Source: a virus (Duplodnaviria; Heunggongvirae; Uroviricota; Caudoviricetes). Taken from it: a stretch of 40,638 nt of DNA. The notes under the pieces were generated by a model. The model was given only the letters and a program-made list of their open reading frames with translations. It did no database searches and was not told the origin of the DNA. The stretch is from the IMG/VR virus record IMGVR_UViG_2778261641_000011; one strand, given 5' to 3'. This document shows positions 9,684 through 19,640 of this stretch, in pieces (the first letter of the stretch is position 1; every line of letters starts with the position of its first letter). A program made the position numbers and the translations under genes.

Positions 9684-11008
9684 TGCACTGGCACCTTCAG
9701 AGGGATCACCGGCACAAAGCCGGGATGCGTAATGGCATTACGCCGGATAATGTCCGCGTCACGCGCCGCGTTATCAAACCAGGTCGCCGCCAGCACCAGC
9801 GCGGGTAAAACCTCATCCGGTGTGCGCTGAATGATCCGTGCAGACTGTTCAAGGCGCGTGTTGATATCCGCATTCAGATCTGCTTTCACCCGGCGCAGCG
9901 CCAGAAACAGCGCATCGCTGGTTGTACGGGACAACTCCTTATCAATTGCCGTATTCAGTGTGTCGCGAATGTCAGTCAGTTCTTCCCACGTCGGCAGGTC
10001 AACCGTGTTTTTCACCGCCGGTGCATTGTTCAGTGCCGGATGCGTGACGGAAGGCCAGCCAGTGCTCTGCGCGGGTGTTGTTGCCTGCCCCACTGCGGAA
10101 TTCTGCATCACCGCGGAAGTTGTTGGCGCAGGCAATCGGGTGACGGCATACGCCGCTTCGCTGATTGCGGTCGTACGAAGGGTGCTGGCAACCACGTTAC
10201 GCTGCTGCGTCGCCGTGGCGGTGGTTTTACTGTCCGTTTTCCAGACGCCGCGCGGTTGCAGATCGCTGCCGAGGCTGACACCGGAAAGCGTTTTGATCAT
10301 GGTGACCAGGTCGCTGGCGTTACCATAAAGGCGTTTCCCGGTACGCCACATTTTCTGCACCTGCTCAACGAAATTTTTGCCTGACGATGGCGGCGGCAGA
10401 AGTACCGAGATATCCCCCTGCAACAGCCTGGCGGCATCCGATACGGCAGAATCCACCACTTTCATCGCATCAGAAACATACCCCAGCATTATGCTGGCAT
10501 TACCGATAACGTCGTTCTGCACGAAATCCGCCACACCATCGATACTGAAACCGCTGAAGCTGTCACTGATGCAGTCATCCAGTGCAGAACAGGATGACAT
10601 CAGCGTCTGCGCCGTCGCCGCACCTGATGTGGGGTAAGAGATTTCTCCTGCTTCGACAAACTTCAGGTCAAAGCGGACAATACGCCCTTCACTTTTCGAT
10701 GTGCTGACCCGAACTTCCCCGTCAACACAGACTTTCAGCTCACCATATGTCGGGTGGACAAGCGTGCCGGGACCGGGTTTATTCAGCGCTTCAATCAGGC
10801 GATCGCGCTGGTCAAAGCAGTCATCTCCCACCACATAAGCTGTGATGGACGGGCGGAAAGTGACTTTTCCCAGATCTTCGGTATAGGGCTTGTCGCGGTT
10901 CGGATATTCGTGTGTTTCCACACGGCGACCGGTTCCCGCACTTTCTTCTTCAACCTTAAACGGTACGCCGCGAAATGACGCATCCTGAAGCCTGTTTTTC
11001 CACGTCAT
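9680..11008 (-). CDS. DNA circulation-like tail protein (Mu gp43 / N-like)
   Basis: 442 aa; immediately downstream of tape measure in the Mu order; overlaps the next gene. Confidence 0.65.
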   Translation of the reverse strand: MTWKNRLQDASFRGVPFKVEEESAGTGRRVETHEYPNRDKPYTEDLGKVTFRPSITAYVVGDDCFDQRDRLIEALNKPGPGTLVHPTYGELKVCVDGEVRVSTSKSEGRIVRFDLKFVEAGEISYPTSGAATAQTLMSSCSALDDCISDSFSGFSIDGVADFVQNDVIGNASIMLGYVSDAMKVVDSAVSDAARLLQGDISVLLPPPSSGKNFVEQVQKMWRTGKRLYGNASDLVTMIKTLSGVSLGSDLQPRGVWKTDSKTTATATQQRNVVASTLRTTAISEAAYAVTRLPAPTTSAVMQNSAVGQATTPAQSTGWPSVTHPALNNAPAVKNTVDLPTWEELTDIRDTLNTAIDKELSRTTSDALFLALRRVKADLNADINTRLEQSARIIQRTPDEVLPALVLAATWFDNAARDADIIRRNAITHPGFVPVIPLKVPVQ

Positions 11009-11029
11009 ATAAACTCCGGATACAAAAAA

Positions 11030-11094
11030 CCCGCCAAATCTGCTTTGTCAGTTATTTACATCGCAGAAGATGTGGCGGGAACCTAATATTTTTA
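11030..11094 (-). terminator. Intrinsic terminator downstream of the moron gene
   Basis: On the minus strand, hairpin cccgccacatcttctgc ... gcagatttggcggg followed by TTTTTTG. Confidence 0.5.
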
Positions 11095-11098
11095 ATTA

Positions 11099-11593
11099 CT
11101 ATCTGAGTTGAACATCAATGGAATAAATATTACCACTCTTTATAAATTTAGAATCTGTCCTTTCATCAAAAGATTCAAATGACTGTACCTTTAAAAACTT
11201 TTTCATTTTATTTTCAAAAATACTTTCATTAACACCAGTTAAATACTTGAACGCTCTACCAGCAAGGACCTCATTACTTAAATCCATTGTGTTTTTATTG
11301 TCTTTGAAAAACCAAACAATAACCTTTTGTGGGCATGATGGATTATAAACAGATATATAAAACTGCGGCTCATATTTTTCATCAGCGTCATCACTAAGCA
11401 TTTCTTCAGAAGATAATTCTCTTCTGAATTCATATTGCCGCTTAGTTATTCCTTCATCCTTTATTATCTCTTGCTTAACTGGTGCAATACCTATAGAAGA
11501 GATTAATTCTGACTCATTAAAGCTGAACTTACACTCTTCCGCAGCCAAGTTAAAAGATAAAAGTGCAGATATAAAAAAAACAAAGATACGCAT
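11099..11593 (-). CDS. Moron: secreted or periplasmic protein of unknown function
   Basis: AT-rich island inside a GC-rich tail operon. Likely start is the internal Met (MRIFVFFISALLSFNLA-AEE, signal peptide with an AXA-type site). Promoter-like TATAAT upstream and a terminator downstream. Confidence 0.6.
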   Translation of the reverse strand: MRIFVFFISALLSFNLAAEECKFSFNESELISSIGIAPVKQEIIKDEGITKRQYEFRRELSSEEMLSDDADEKYEPQFYISVYNPSCPQKVIVWFFKDNKNTMDLSNEVLAGRAFKYLTGVNESIFENKMKKFLKVQSFESFDERTDSKFIKSGNIYSIDVQLR

Positions 11594-11692
11594 AATCATC
11601 CCTTCAATCATTTGTAAGGAATGATTATATTAACTACTTAAAGCTGAAAACCCAAATTATGCCAGACAAAAACACATTAATCATTTTGTACA

Positions 11693-13525
11693 CTACCTGA
11701 ACCGCGTATAGCCAACATCATGGCTGACATCAAAACCGCTGGATCGCGTTTCCATAACCCGCATACCCGGAGGCGAATTCACAAAAGAGACCTTGATCTC
11801 ACCATCAACTTTTGGCACAGAAGCTTTGTTAATCATGAAGGGATTCGAGCCTGTGGCATCGGAGGCGTTGTTTGACTGAGCCGGATCCACCGCCGGATAA
11901 GGTGTGTATCCCCGCGCCGGTATTCCCGTCCCATAAGCATCATAAGCACCCGCGCCCCACTGCGCAGAGTTAATGGCATCGACCGTGTCACCGGAACTGT
12001 CGGTAAACCACTCAATAATTGGCTTCAGCTTGTCCCACATATCCTGAAACCACTTAACAACCGGTCCCCAGTTATTGATCACCATCCCCAGCGGCGACCA
12101 GGCAAAAACCTTCTTCAGAAGTTCCCAACCTGCCTCAAAATAAGGACCAATGGTTTCCCAGAGCTTCTTGAAATAAGGTCCGACAACATCCCAGTTAGTG
12201 ATAATTAATCCCGCAGCCAGAGCAATCGCCGTCGCAATCATGCCAATCGGCGTCATCGACATAATCCTGCTGACAATACTGATGGCACTGCCCACGCCCA
12301 TCAATCCCAGTTTCAGAATCGCAAGACCGGCAGCAAGCCCGACGACGCCGCGAATAACCCGGGGATTTTCATCCGCAAACTTCGTGAATTTCTCCCCCAA
12401 CTCCCCCAGCCATTGTGTGATATTTTTAGCGTCACCAGAAAATGCGCCGCCAATAGCCGCAAGGCCGTTAGTTGCGGTCCCTGTCATTGCCTCCCACAGG
12501 TTGGACAGCGTACCAAGCTGTGCCTGAACACGTTTATTCAGGCTGGCCTGTTTATTCATCTTCTGCTGGATCTGATCGTAGCCATCCTTTCCTTTATCGA
12601 TTAGTGCATTGACCACCTGAAGGGTTTCGGCATCATCACCAAATATTGCCTTAAGTACACCTGTTCGCTTAACGTCGGTCAGTTTTCGCAGCTTTGCCAG
12701 TTGCCTGAACATGTTATCAAGACCGCCAAAACTCCCTTTGCCGTCAGTAAAATCGAGCTGTACCCCGAGTCTCTGGCGGGCCATGACTTTATTGACGTCC
12801 CTGATTTTCTTAACGCTTAATCCGGACTGGATAACTTTTCGCAGGGCATTACCTGCCGACTCCCCGTTCATCCCCATCTGATCCATCATGACACTGATGG
12901 GGGCAAGACTCTGTGCAGCCTGAAGACCGTCCTTATTCACCATCTTCAGAACAGAGCTGGTTTTAGTGAAGAATGACAGCATGTTGGTGTCGTCAACGCC
13001 CAGATAAAACGCCTTCTGAATTGTGTCGAACAGCCCCATCATGTCTTCTGAGGCCGTTCCGGTAGCATCCTGCATCTTTGCGGCAAACTCGGCAGCCGCT
13101 TCCGGTGTTTTTTTCAGTTGTACCGCAAGATAAGCTGTCGCTTTACCCACACCACCCAGAATGTTTTCTGCCGGGATCCCCTGACGCACCAGCATCTGCA
13201 TCATGTTCTGGAAATCAGCCGTTGTACCGGGTAGCTGGTTACCCAGGCCAATAGCCAGTTTATTGATGTCCTGAAAGCTCTTTCCAACCTCGCCGTTCGC
13301 ATCCATCATGGCGACTTTCAGCCCGGTGGCGGCGTTTTCCTGATCGGCATAAGATTTCAGGGAAAGCGTCAGACCCGCTGCCAGTCCGCCACCAAGCGCC
13401 AGCCCACCCTGTGACGCTTCTTCCGCCTGGCGTTTAAATCCCCGGATTTTCTTTTGCATTTTCGACAGCGCGGGAGAAAGCCTGTCGACACCGGTGATCA
13501 ACGCCTTAAGCTCAAATTCAGCCAT
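11693..13525 (-). CDS. Tail tape measure protein
   Basis: 610 aa, Ala/Gly-rich coiled-coil-like with hydrophobic segments; lies between the chaperone and baseplate genes. Confidence 0.85.
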   Translation of the reverse strand: MAEFELKALITGVDRLSPALSKMQKKIRGFKRQAEEASQGGLALGGGLAAGLTLSLKSYADQENAATGLKVAMMDANGEVGKSFQDINKLAIGLGNQLPGTTADFQNMMQMLVRQGIPAENILGGVGKATAYLAVQLKKTPEAAAEFAAKMQDATGTASEDMMGLFDTIQKAFYLGVDDTNMLSFFTKTSSVLKMVNKDGLQAAQSLAPISVMMDQMGMNGESAGNALRKVIQSGLSVKKIRDVNKVMARQRLGVQLDFTDGKGSFGGLDNMFRQLAKLRKLTDVKRTGVLKAIFGDDAETLQVVNALIDKGKDGYDQIQQKMNKQASLNKRVQAQLGTLSNLWEAMTGTATNGLAAIGGAFSGDAKNITQWLGELGEKFTKFADENPRVIRGVVGLAAGLAILKLGLMGVGSAISIVSRIMSMTPIGMIATAIALAAGLIITNWDVVGPYFKKLWETIGPYFEAGWELLKKVFAWSPLGMVINNWGPVVKWFQDMWDKLKPIIEWFTDSSGDTVDAINSAQWGAGAYDAYGTGIPARGYTPYPAVDPAQSNNASDATGSNPFMINKASVPKVDGEIKVSFVNSPPGMRVMETRSSGFDVSHDVGYTRFR

Positions 13526-13936
13526 GTGTGCGTTTCTCCTGCTCTATCCTGTTTGCCTGACTGACCAGCAAGGGAATTTCACTGATCGGCATACTCAGCA
13601 ATTCGAAGGGATTAATGCGCCAGTAGCTGGCGCAGTCAAAGAAGCGATCAGTGAGGTATTCAGCCGTCAGGCCTGGAGGAAAAAACCAGCCACAAGCCAC
13701 GCCGCTGCATTCAGGTCTGCCGGAGACATCTGGTCGACAGAGCTTTGCGGCACTTTCGCCAGCCGCACAATGTATTTCGACACCACATGCGCCAGAAGTC
13801 TGACGGACTCATCCTGATTCATCTGGTAGGGATACCCCAGCTCGCGGACATCCTTCCCGGTGGGCTCATCAAACTCCAGTACGGAGAGTGTCTCGCCATG
13901 AGCAGTAATCGGTTTCTTTAACTCAAGCTCTTTCAT
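13518..13936 (-). CDS. Tail assembly chaperone with a programmed -1 frameshift extension (G/GT-like)
   Basis: Zero-frame ORF 13667-13936 ends ...LVAGFFLQA. Slippery heptamer T-TTT-TTC (plus-strand 13679-13685) lets the -1 frame continue as PPGLTAEYL... to 13518. Confidence 0.6.
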
Positions 13937-14292
13937 TACTGGTAATCCCCTTCTTCACCGTGGAACTCAAGATCAACCGTGCCTTCTTCGGCATTATGGT
14001 TCGCTTCGCCGTGCAGCCAGGCAGACGACAGTACATAGACCTGACCGTTCGCCAGCTCGGCAGTGATAGTCATCTCATCAGACGAGGTGATTTTGTTCAC
14101 CGGAAAATTCTTCGGCACCTTGAAAGTCCCTTTGACATAAGGCGCACGGTGAGTTTCCTTGCGGTCCACTGAACCGTCCAGGCCGATGATGTCATCATTG
14201 ACCGTCCTGTTCATGGGCACCTCAATGCCGCCGGTCAGCGATAGCTGTTGACCGTCAATTTTGAAATAACAGGTTCCCCCGATACGGGCCAT
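13936..14292 (-). CDS. Tail tube protein
   Basis: 118 aa immediately downstream of the sheath gene; ATGA overlap. Confidence 0.7.
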   Translation of the reverse strand: MARIGGTCYFKIDGQQLSLTGGIEVPMNRTVNDDIIGLDGSVDRKETHRAPYVKGTFKVPKNFPVNKITSSDEMTITAELANGQVYVLSSAWLHGEANHNAEEGTVDLEFHGEEGDYQ

Positions 14293-15788
14293 TATGCAGA
14301 CTCCTCTGAATACTGAAGACGGAACTGGTTAACCACGGCAAAGACACGCAGCTGGTTAACATAGTCAGGCGGGAACAGCGTGTTCAGGCGGTTCGGATCG
14401 CTGGCATCACGCTCCACAACCAGGTACTGCTTAAACAGTTCGTAGTTTTCCACGATCCCCGCACGCTCAAGCTGACGGTAGGTTGCCAGCAGTTCCCCTT
14501 TGATCACCGCCGGGGTGACAATCGCCTGACCGGAACCAAAGCGGGTACCGTCGCTGGCAAGCTTGTGACGCCCGTACTTACTGGTAATGACGGATTTCAG
14601 TTTGCGCAGCACATACGCGCTGGTATGCAGCGTCTCGCTGTCGAGGTAGCTGTTATCCGCAACACCGTAAGCGTTTTTCCTGTACGTGGTGACATCACGC
14701 TGAATGCGCAGTACCCCGCTTTCGACATACGCCGTTGCCACACCATGAGACAGCAGGGTCTGTTGTTCGGTCATCGTGAACCGTTTCCCCTTCGGCGCAG
14801 GCAGCATACCCACCAGCTCACCGGTCTGCGTGGGACGTGCCGGATCGTTGCGGATAAACACCGCTGCGCGGGCGGTACGGCTTGCCGCCAGCTCGTCGGC
14901 AGGCGTCTGGGTGTCTTTTTCGTACCCCGCCAGGGTAATGTGCTGCTGGTTAAACTGGTCACCTGCGGTCACCAGTTCTGACAGCGTGCCGATCTTTGCC
15001 GTATACACATGACCATACAGCTGACGCGCATAGCTCCAGCGACCGCTGGTATCGTTCATCTCGGTCACCAGCGTGTTAACGGAGGCCGTGTCGTTGAACG
15101 GCAGGCCGATATAATCAAACGGCTCATCCGCCATTGCAGCCACCGCGCCGGTGAGAACCGGAGCACCCGTTCCGGCGGTACCCGTCGCCACGGCAATCTG
15201 TACGCCCGCTGGCAGCACTTCGCCCCCACCAAAGCCGTAGTAATTGAGGCTGACAGGAATTTCATTCCCGCAAAGCCCCTTATGACGTGCGGTCAGCGTG
15301 ACAACACCAGCCGAAGATGAAGCTGTAAACGGCAGGGTCGGAACGGCATTGATGGCATCTTTGATACTGCTGGCAATCGTCGCGACGTTATCGCCGTTAG
15401 TCACCGGTGCCTGCACGCGGGTACGTCCCACATACACATTCACCGTGCCGGTTTCGGTTGCTTGCCCGGTCACCGTCAGCGTAACCGTTGCCGCCGCGCC
15501 TGTGGCTTCCGGAACGGCAATCACATACAGCTCGCCAAACGGGTCAGTCTGGCGATAAGCCTCGACCATACGCGCCAGCTGACTTCCCGCACCACAAATC
15601 TGGCGTGCATAGTCTGCCGACGGCATCAGTACCAGACTGTTGGCAACAATCTCTGCACCGTTATTGGCATGACCAATCAGCAGCGATGCTCCGCTGTCCT
15701 GTGCAGTATTCGCCGCCTGATTATCCATTTCCGCATAAAACAGCGGAACCAGCGTATTCGACGGAATGGTGTTAAAGCTTATCGTCAT
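14292..15788 (-). CDS. Contractile tail sheath protein
   Basis: 498 aa; position and size match Mu gpL / P2 FI-type sheath proteins. Confidence 0.85.
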   Translation of the reverse strand: MTISFNTIPSNTLVPLFYAEMDNQAANTAQDSGASLLIGHANNGAEIVANSLVLMPSADYARQICGAGSQLARMVEAYRQTDPFGELYVIAVPEATGAAATVTLTVTGQATETGTVNVYVGRTRVQAPVTNGDNVATIASSIKDAINAVPTLPFTASSSAGVVTLTARHKGLCGNEIPVSLNYYGFGGGEVLPAGVQIAVATGTAGTGAPVLTGAVAAMADEPFDYIGLPFNDTASVNTLVTEMNDTSGRWSYARQLYGHVYTAKIGTLSELVTAGDQFNQQHITLAGYEKDTQTPADELAASRTARAAVFIRNDPARPTQTGELVGMLPAPKGKRFTMTEQQTLLSHGVATAYVESGVLRIQRDVTTYRKNAYGVADNSYLDSETLHTSAYVLRKLKSVITSKYGRHKLASDGTRFGSGQAIVTPAVIKGELLATYRQLERAGIVENYELFKQYLVVERDASDPNRLNTLFPPDYVNQLRVFAVVNQFRLQYSEESA

Positions 15789-15942
15789 CGGTGTTCACCT
15801 TTTTATTCACGCGCCGGATATCACCCGCTACTTCACGGCGCAGCCAGTAGTTGTTCTCGTCAACATTTCGCCCTTCGGCGGGCAAAAGGTCGCCGCGGGC
15901 AGGGTCAGGAACTGACCGCCCTTTAACAGGTTTGACAAACAT
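15772..15942 (-). CDS. Small conserved-position ORF (56 aa) upstream of the sheath gene
   Basis: ATG with a GAGGA RBS; product MFVKPVKGRSVPDPARGDLLPAEG...; overlaps the sheath start by 17 nt. Below the 60-aa track cutoff. Confidence 0.4.
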   Translation of the reverse strand: MFVKPVKGRSVPDPARGDLLPAEGRNVDENNYWLRREVAGDIRRVNKKVNTDDDKL

Positions 15943-15950
15943 GAGGATCC

Positions 15951-16511
15951 TCAGGAAGGAAGGGTTATTTCGGTGTGATGTTCGATATCGCCGTCAGGCC
16001 CGTTACCGGGCTCGAGATAATCAACATCAATCGCCAGCGTTTGCAGTTCATCCAGACTGTTCAGGTCATCCTGCTGGCGGGTATCGTCTTCAGTCAGCTC
16101 GCTGATGACCGAAAAATCGAACTGATAAATCAGCTCATGACGATTCAGATCCAGCAGCGTGCCGCCGTCATAGGTAATCGGGTTACCGCACGCTTCCGGG
16201 TTCCAGCCCAGCAGGGCCTTAAAGAGCATCTGCCGGACATCGTCCACCACATCATACGAGGCAAACTGACCGCGCTCATCACGCCCATTACTCAGTATGA
16301 CAACCACGGAGAAGCCCTCTTTCAGCTCCTGCCAGTAGTCGGTCTGGCTTTTGTTTTCTCCCGGAGAATCATCACCCGGTACCACATACGCCGCCGGGAG
16401 TCTCAGCTTTCCGACCTCCGGCAGATTTTTGAACTGTGCCGCGCCTGCCACCCGGTTTTCAAAATACGGGCAGCGGGCACGCAGCGCAGCAATAACAGGC
16501 GTCAGTTTCAT
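15951..16511 (-). CDS. Tail-associated protein (Mu gp37/gp38-like position)
   Basis: 186 aa; acidic; lies between the head-completion genes and the sheath. Confidence 0.55.
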   Translation of the reverse strand: MKLTPVIAALRARCPYFENRVAGAAQFKNLPEVGKLRLPAAYVVPGDDSPGENKSQTDYWQELKEGFSVVVILSNGRDERGQFASYDVVDDVRQMLFKALLGWNPEACGNPITYDGGTLLDLNRHELIYQFDFSVISELTEDDTRQQDDLNSLDELQTLAIDVDYLEPGNGPDGDIEHHTEITLPS

Positions 16512-17014
16512 CTGTGTCGTCGCTCCGGCTTCAGTGATTTACGCAATTCCCGCGCCAGAAAATAGCGTGTCCAGCTGCGGTTCTTTTCAAGCGTTTCCAC
16601 CATGAAGTTATTACGTGGAGCCAGTCGCCAGCCGCTGCCACCGGATGCACCACGATGATGGCTGCGACGACGCTTTGCCCCTCGCCTCACGCCATAGAAC
16701 AAAAAAGCCGGATAAAAATCACCGGTGATACGGCGGTTTCCCTCTCCATTACGCTGGTTAGGGGCTATACGTGCCATAAAACCAGGGCGATGTTTACTGG
16801 CTCTGGGTACCATGTAACCAATCGAACGAGCCAGGCGTCCGATCTGATAACCGGGGTTTTCACCCGGTGCCGACCGCGCACGGCGCATCACCAGCCGACG
16901 GGCATCACGCATATGACGCTGACCAATCGTGACAAACGCCCGCCGGACACGGGCGCGGTTAAAGCGCATCTCCGCGGGCTGCTGAAAATCAACGTGCAAA
17001 AAGGAAGTCGTCAT
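16508..17014 (-). CDS. Virion morphogenesis / tail-component protein (HK97 gp10-like)
   Basis: 168 aa, Arg-rich; synteny between head-tail adaptor and tail genes; overlaps neighbours. Confidence 0.45.
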   Translation of the reverse strand: MTTSFLHVDFQQPAEMRFNRARVRRAFVTIGQRHMRDARRLVMRRARSAPGENPGYQIGRLARSIGYMVPRASKHRPGFMARIAPNQRNGEGNRRITGDFYPAFLFYGVRRGAKRRRSHHRGASGGSGWRLAPRNNFMVETLEKNRSWTRYFLARELRKSLKPERRHR

Positions 17015-17399
17015 TGTTGCCTCCGTGACTCTGCCTACATTCGCCCAGCTCCGTACACTCCAGCAGCAGAAAGCGCCGCGCCCCGTTCAGATCGCGCTGA
17101 CGTTTCACCCGGTACACACTGTCACCGCAGACCACCTCATAATCAGCGGTGATCCCCCGGCGGTAACGAATGGTGATGTAATGGGTGATGGCGTCCCCGG
17201 TCTGCGCGGTTTCCTGCCAGGTGGTGGCACTGGTCTGGACAACCTTCGCCCATGTCCGGAACGTAACCGGGTATTGAGGCTCCACGCCAAAGTTATCCGC
17301 GGGCATATCCACCCGCTGGCGGATCAGGACGCGTTTATTCAGTTCACCGGGGTCCGGCAGAATGTAGGTTGCGCTGGTCTGCGCCTGACGAATTTTCAT
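16989..17399 (-). CDS. Head-tail adaptor / head closure protein
   Basis: 136 aa; position downstream of connector and capsid genes. Confidence 0.55.
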   Translation of the reverse strand: MKIRQAQTSATYILPDPGELNKRVLIRQRVDMPADNFGVEPQYPVTFRTWAKVVQTSATTWQETAQTGDAITHYITIRYRRGITADYEVVCGDSVYRVKRQRDLNGARRFLLLECTELGECRQSHGGNNDDFLFAR

Positions 17400-17764
17400 A
17401 GTGGTATAAGGCGATAAGGAACAACCAACCAGTTAAAACTCATTGGCAACTCCATTTTCTCAACGTCTGTAACCGTTGAGCGGTTTTCGTAGAAATGGCT
17501 GACAAGTAGCAGAAGCGCCAGCTTCACATCATCAGATATCACAAGCCCATCAGGATCATCCGCAGGCCTGTCATCTGCGGTTGCATACAACTTACGGTTA
17601 AGGAAGTTTTCCGTACGACTCTGAGCGGCCTTACCAAGCAGTTCAAGCAACTCATCTTCATCAGAGAAATCATCATCCAGACGGAGCTGAAGCTTAATCT
17701 CTTCCATTTTTAACAGCATAAAACCTCCTGTGCCCGCCAGAACGCGGGCACAAAAAAACCGCAT
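17396..17764 (-). CDS. Head-tail connector (gp6-like) protein
   Basis: 122 aa; true start probably the internal Met (MLLKMEEIKLQL...); immediately downstream of the major capsid gene. Confidence 0.55.
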   Translation of the reverse strand: MRFFCARVLAGTGGFMLLKMEEIKLQLRLDDDFSDEDELLELLGKAAQSRTENFLNRKLYATADDRPADDPDGLVISDDVKLALLLLVSHFYENRSTVTDVEKMELPMSFNWLVVPYRLIPL

Positions 17765-17797
17765 TACGCGGCGTGCTGTATTACGTAAAAAGACTAA

Positions 17798-19027
17798 TCA
17801 ACCACCAACGCTACCTTTCCCCACCAGCGCTTTAATGGCAGAGGTGTCTTCCAGGATACAGTCAAAACGATGGAAGGCCAGAAAACCGGTCTGATCATAT
17901 TCCGCGTAACGCTCAACCAGACGTTTAAGAATCATGTATCGCACACGACGGATAATGAAGCGATCAAAGTCACCACAGAACATGAATTTTTTACCCGCCC
18001 CGATATCATCAATTTCCTGATCAATGACATACGGTACATTCAACACTGAAGCAGGTGCCACACCAACAATATCCGGCAACCATAAAGGGCGTCCCTGACC
18101 GTCTTCCATCTCACTGATCAGTTTCAGCGTATTATCGTTAAACGCCAGGCGGAATTTCGGCCCGCGACGATATGCAGGATCAATGCTGTGTTTCAGAGCC
18201 AGAATTTCCTGCCACTTCACCGTATTTGCCGCGGCAGTCTGTGTTGTGCCGGTCACAGATGCGACCAGCCCTTTGGGTTGTTTAGGCGTACCAGCACCAG
18301 TTCCCTGAATCAGATAACGGGCTTCACCACGACCAATACGTTCAGCAATGCGACGGGCAAGATAAGCTTCCATATCGATCGCGCTGTCCTGCAGCAACTC
18401 ATTAGACACACGAATGATTTTCGATGTCATTTTGAGCGCCCCAAGACTTCCCATACCGAAATCGGTGTCTTCTTCACCGGCTTCTTCATTTTCGCCCAGC
18501 AGAACACCAACTTCGGAAGTACCATCAGCTGTTGCCCACTCCATAGTGCGACCGTCAGAAGTGGTCAGAATCTGCGCCACACTGGCGATGCCACCGTAGG
18601 ATTTCATCTTCTCAACAACTTTCGCCAGGAATGTTTCTGGTACGGTATATCCGCCCTTTTCATCCTGAGCTACACCCTGGGCACGAAGTTCACGCAACGC
18701 CTTTCGTTCTTCTGATGTCAGCTCACTGGCACCGTGACGCATCCACTTATCAAAAACCTGAGCTCGTTTCTCATCCTGTTGCGGATTGTTTTCCGGATCA
18801 AGATTCTGACGCTGCTCTTCCTCATTGCTTTCAATGTACGCCTGATCCTGACGACGCAGTTCTTCTTCGCGTGCAATTCGTTCATCAAGCGCTTCCAGTT
18901 CGGATTTTGCTTTGTTCCACTCAGTGCGCTGCTCTTCCGTCCATGCGTTATCACCAATTTTTTCATTCAGGGCGCGCATGTCAGTTGCGATAGTATTACG
19001 TTTCTGTTTCAGTTCATGCAGTTTCAT
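17798..19027 (-). CDS. Major capsid protein, HK97 fold
   Basis: 409 aa with an N-terminal coiled-coil delta-domain-like region (MKLHELKQKRNTIATDMRALNEK...) followed by the capsid body. Confidence 0.85.
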   Translation of the reverse strand: MKLHELKQKRNTIATDMRALNEKIGDNAWTEEQRTEWNKAKSELEALDERIAREEELRRQDQAYIESNEEEQRQNLDPENNPQQDEKRAQVFDKWMRHGASELTSEERKALRELRAQGVAQDEKGGYTVPETFLAKVVEKMKSYGGIASVAQILTTSDGRTMEWATADGTSEVGVLLGENEEAGEEDTDFGMGSLGALKMTSKIIRVSNELLQDSAIDMEAYLARRIAERIGRGEARYLIQGTGAGTPKQPKGLVASVTGTTQTAAANTVKWQEILALKHSIDPAYRRGPKFRLAFNDNTLKLISEMEDGQGRPLWLPDIVGVAPASVLNVPYVIDQEIDDIGAGKKFMFCGDFDRFIIRRVRYMILKRLVERYAEYDQTGFLAFHRFDCILEDTSAIKALVGKGSVGG

Positions 19028-19037
19028 GATGTTTCCT

Positions 19038-19640
19038 TTACGCGTTAAGAAGGGTCAGGACGCGTTCACGCGCCATACGTTGATTAATGGCTTTCTGTAG
19101 CGCGCCACTGTTGCGCGCCTCCTTCCATGCTTTCATGGAGCGAACAGCCGAGTCAGCCTCCTGATAGGCAGGATATGTCACAGGACTGACATCCAGCAGA
19201 CGGGAAAAGCGGGTTATCTCGCGAATAACAACCCCGTCCTCATCCTGATACCACTCCTCACCGTCACGGGCGACACGGAAAGCGAAAGATGACTGGTTAA
19301 TATCTCCACGTTGCATCGGGGCCAGCACCAGATCACGAATGGTCTGTGTCTCCGGAGCCTGGATGTCATAGCGTAATCCGCGCTCATCAACTGAAAGATT
19401 CAGCGTGCCTGCTGCACTACGCCCAAGAATAAAATTAGGATCGTGGTTAAACAGTGCGCGTACATCATCACCAAGCACATCGTCAAAAGCGCCGGGCCGG
19501 ATGATTTCGCGGAATGAACCGAATATCAGCTCAGAACGACAGTCAAACACCGATCCATAACCGATAATGTGCGCCGGGTTATCGTCATGCCGCTCAGCAC
19601 GCACCTCACCGCTGTAACAACGGATTTCACGGTCATTCAT
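19038..19640 (-). CDS. Prohead maturation protease (HK97 family)
   Basis: Start placed at MNDREIR, which has a GAGGGA RBS; the track ORF extends to 19697. Lies between portal and capsid. Confidence 0.75.
   Translation of the reverse strand: MNDREIRCYSGEVRAERHDDNPAHIIGYGSVFDCRSELIFGSFREIIRPGAFDDVLGDDVRALFNHDPNFILGRSAAGTLNLSVDERGLRYDIQAPETQTIRDLVLAPMQRGDINQSSFAFRVARDGEEWYQDEDGVVIREITRFSRLLDVSPVTYPAYQEADSAVRSMKAWKEARNSGALQKAINQRMARERVLTLLNA

Noticed and set aside
5437-10637. Numerous plus-strand and out-of-frame ORFs across the tail and baseplate genes (e.g. 5813..6217, 7643..8101, 8383..8676, 9831..10328, 10040..10384)
   Set aside because: They lie antisense or out of frame within tightly coupled minus-strand structural genes in GC-rich DNA, with Arg/Pro/Gly-rich translations typical of spurious ORFs.
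14565-19100. Plus-strand ORFs across the sheath, head and capsid genes (e.g. 14565..14981, 15975..16565, 16655..17152, 17025..17417, 18188..18715, 18734..19048)
   Set aside because: Same reasoning: antisense to conserved structural genes, with no operon logic or RBS support.
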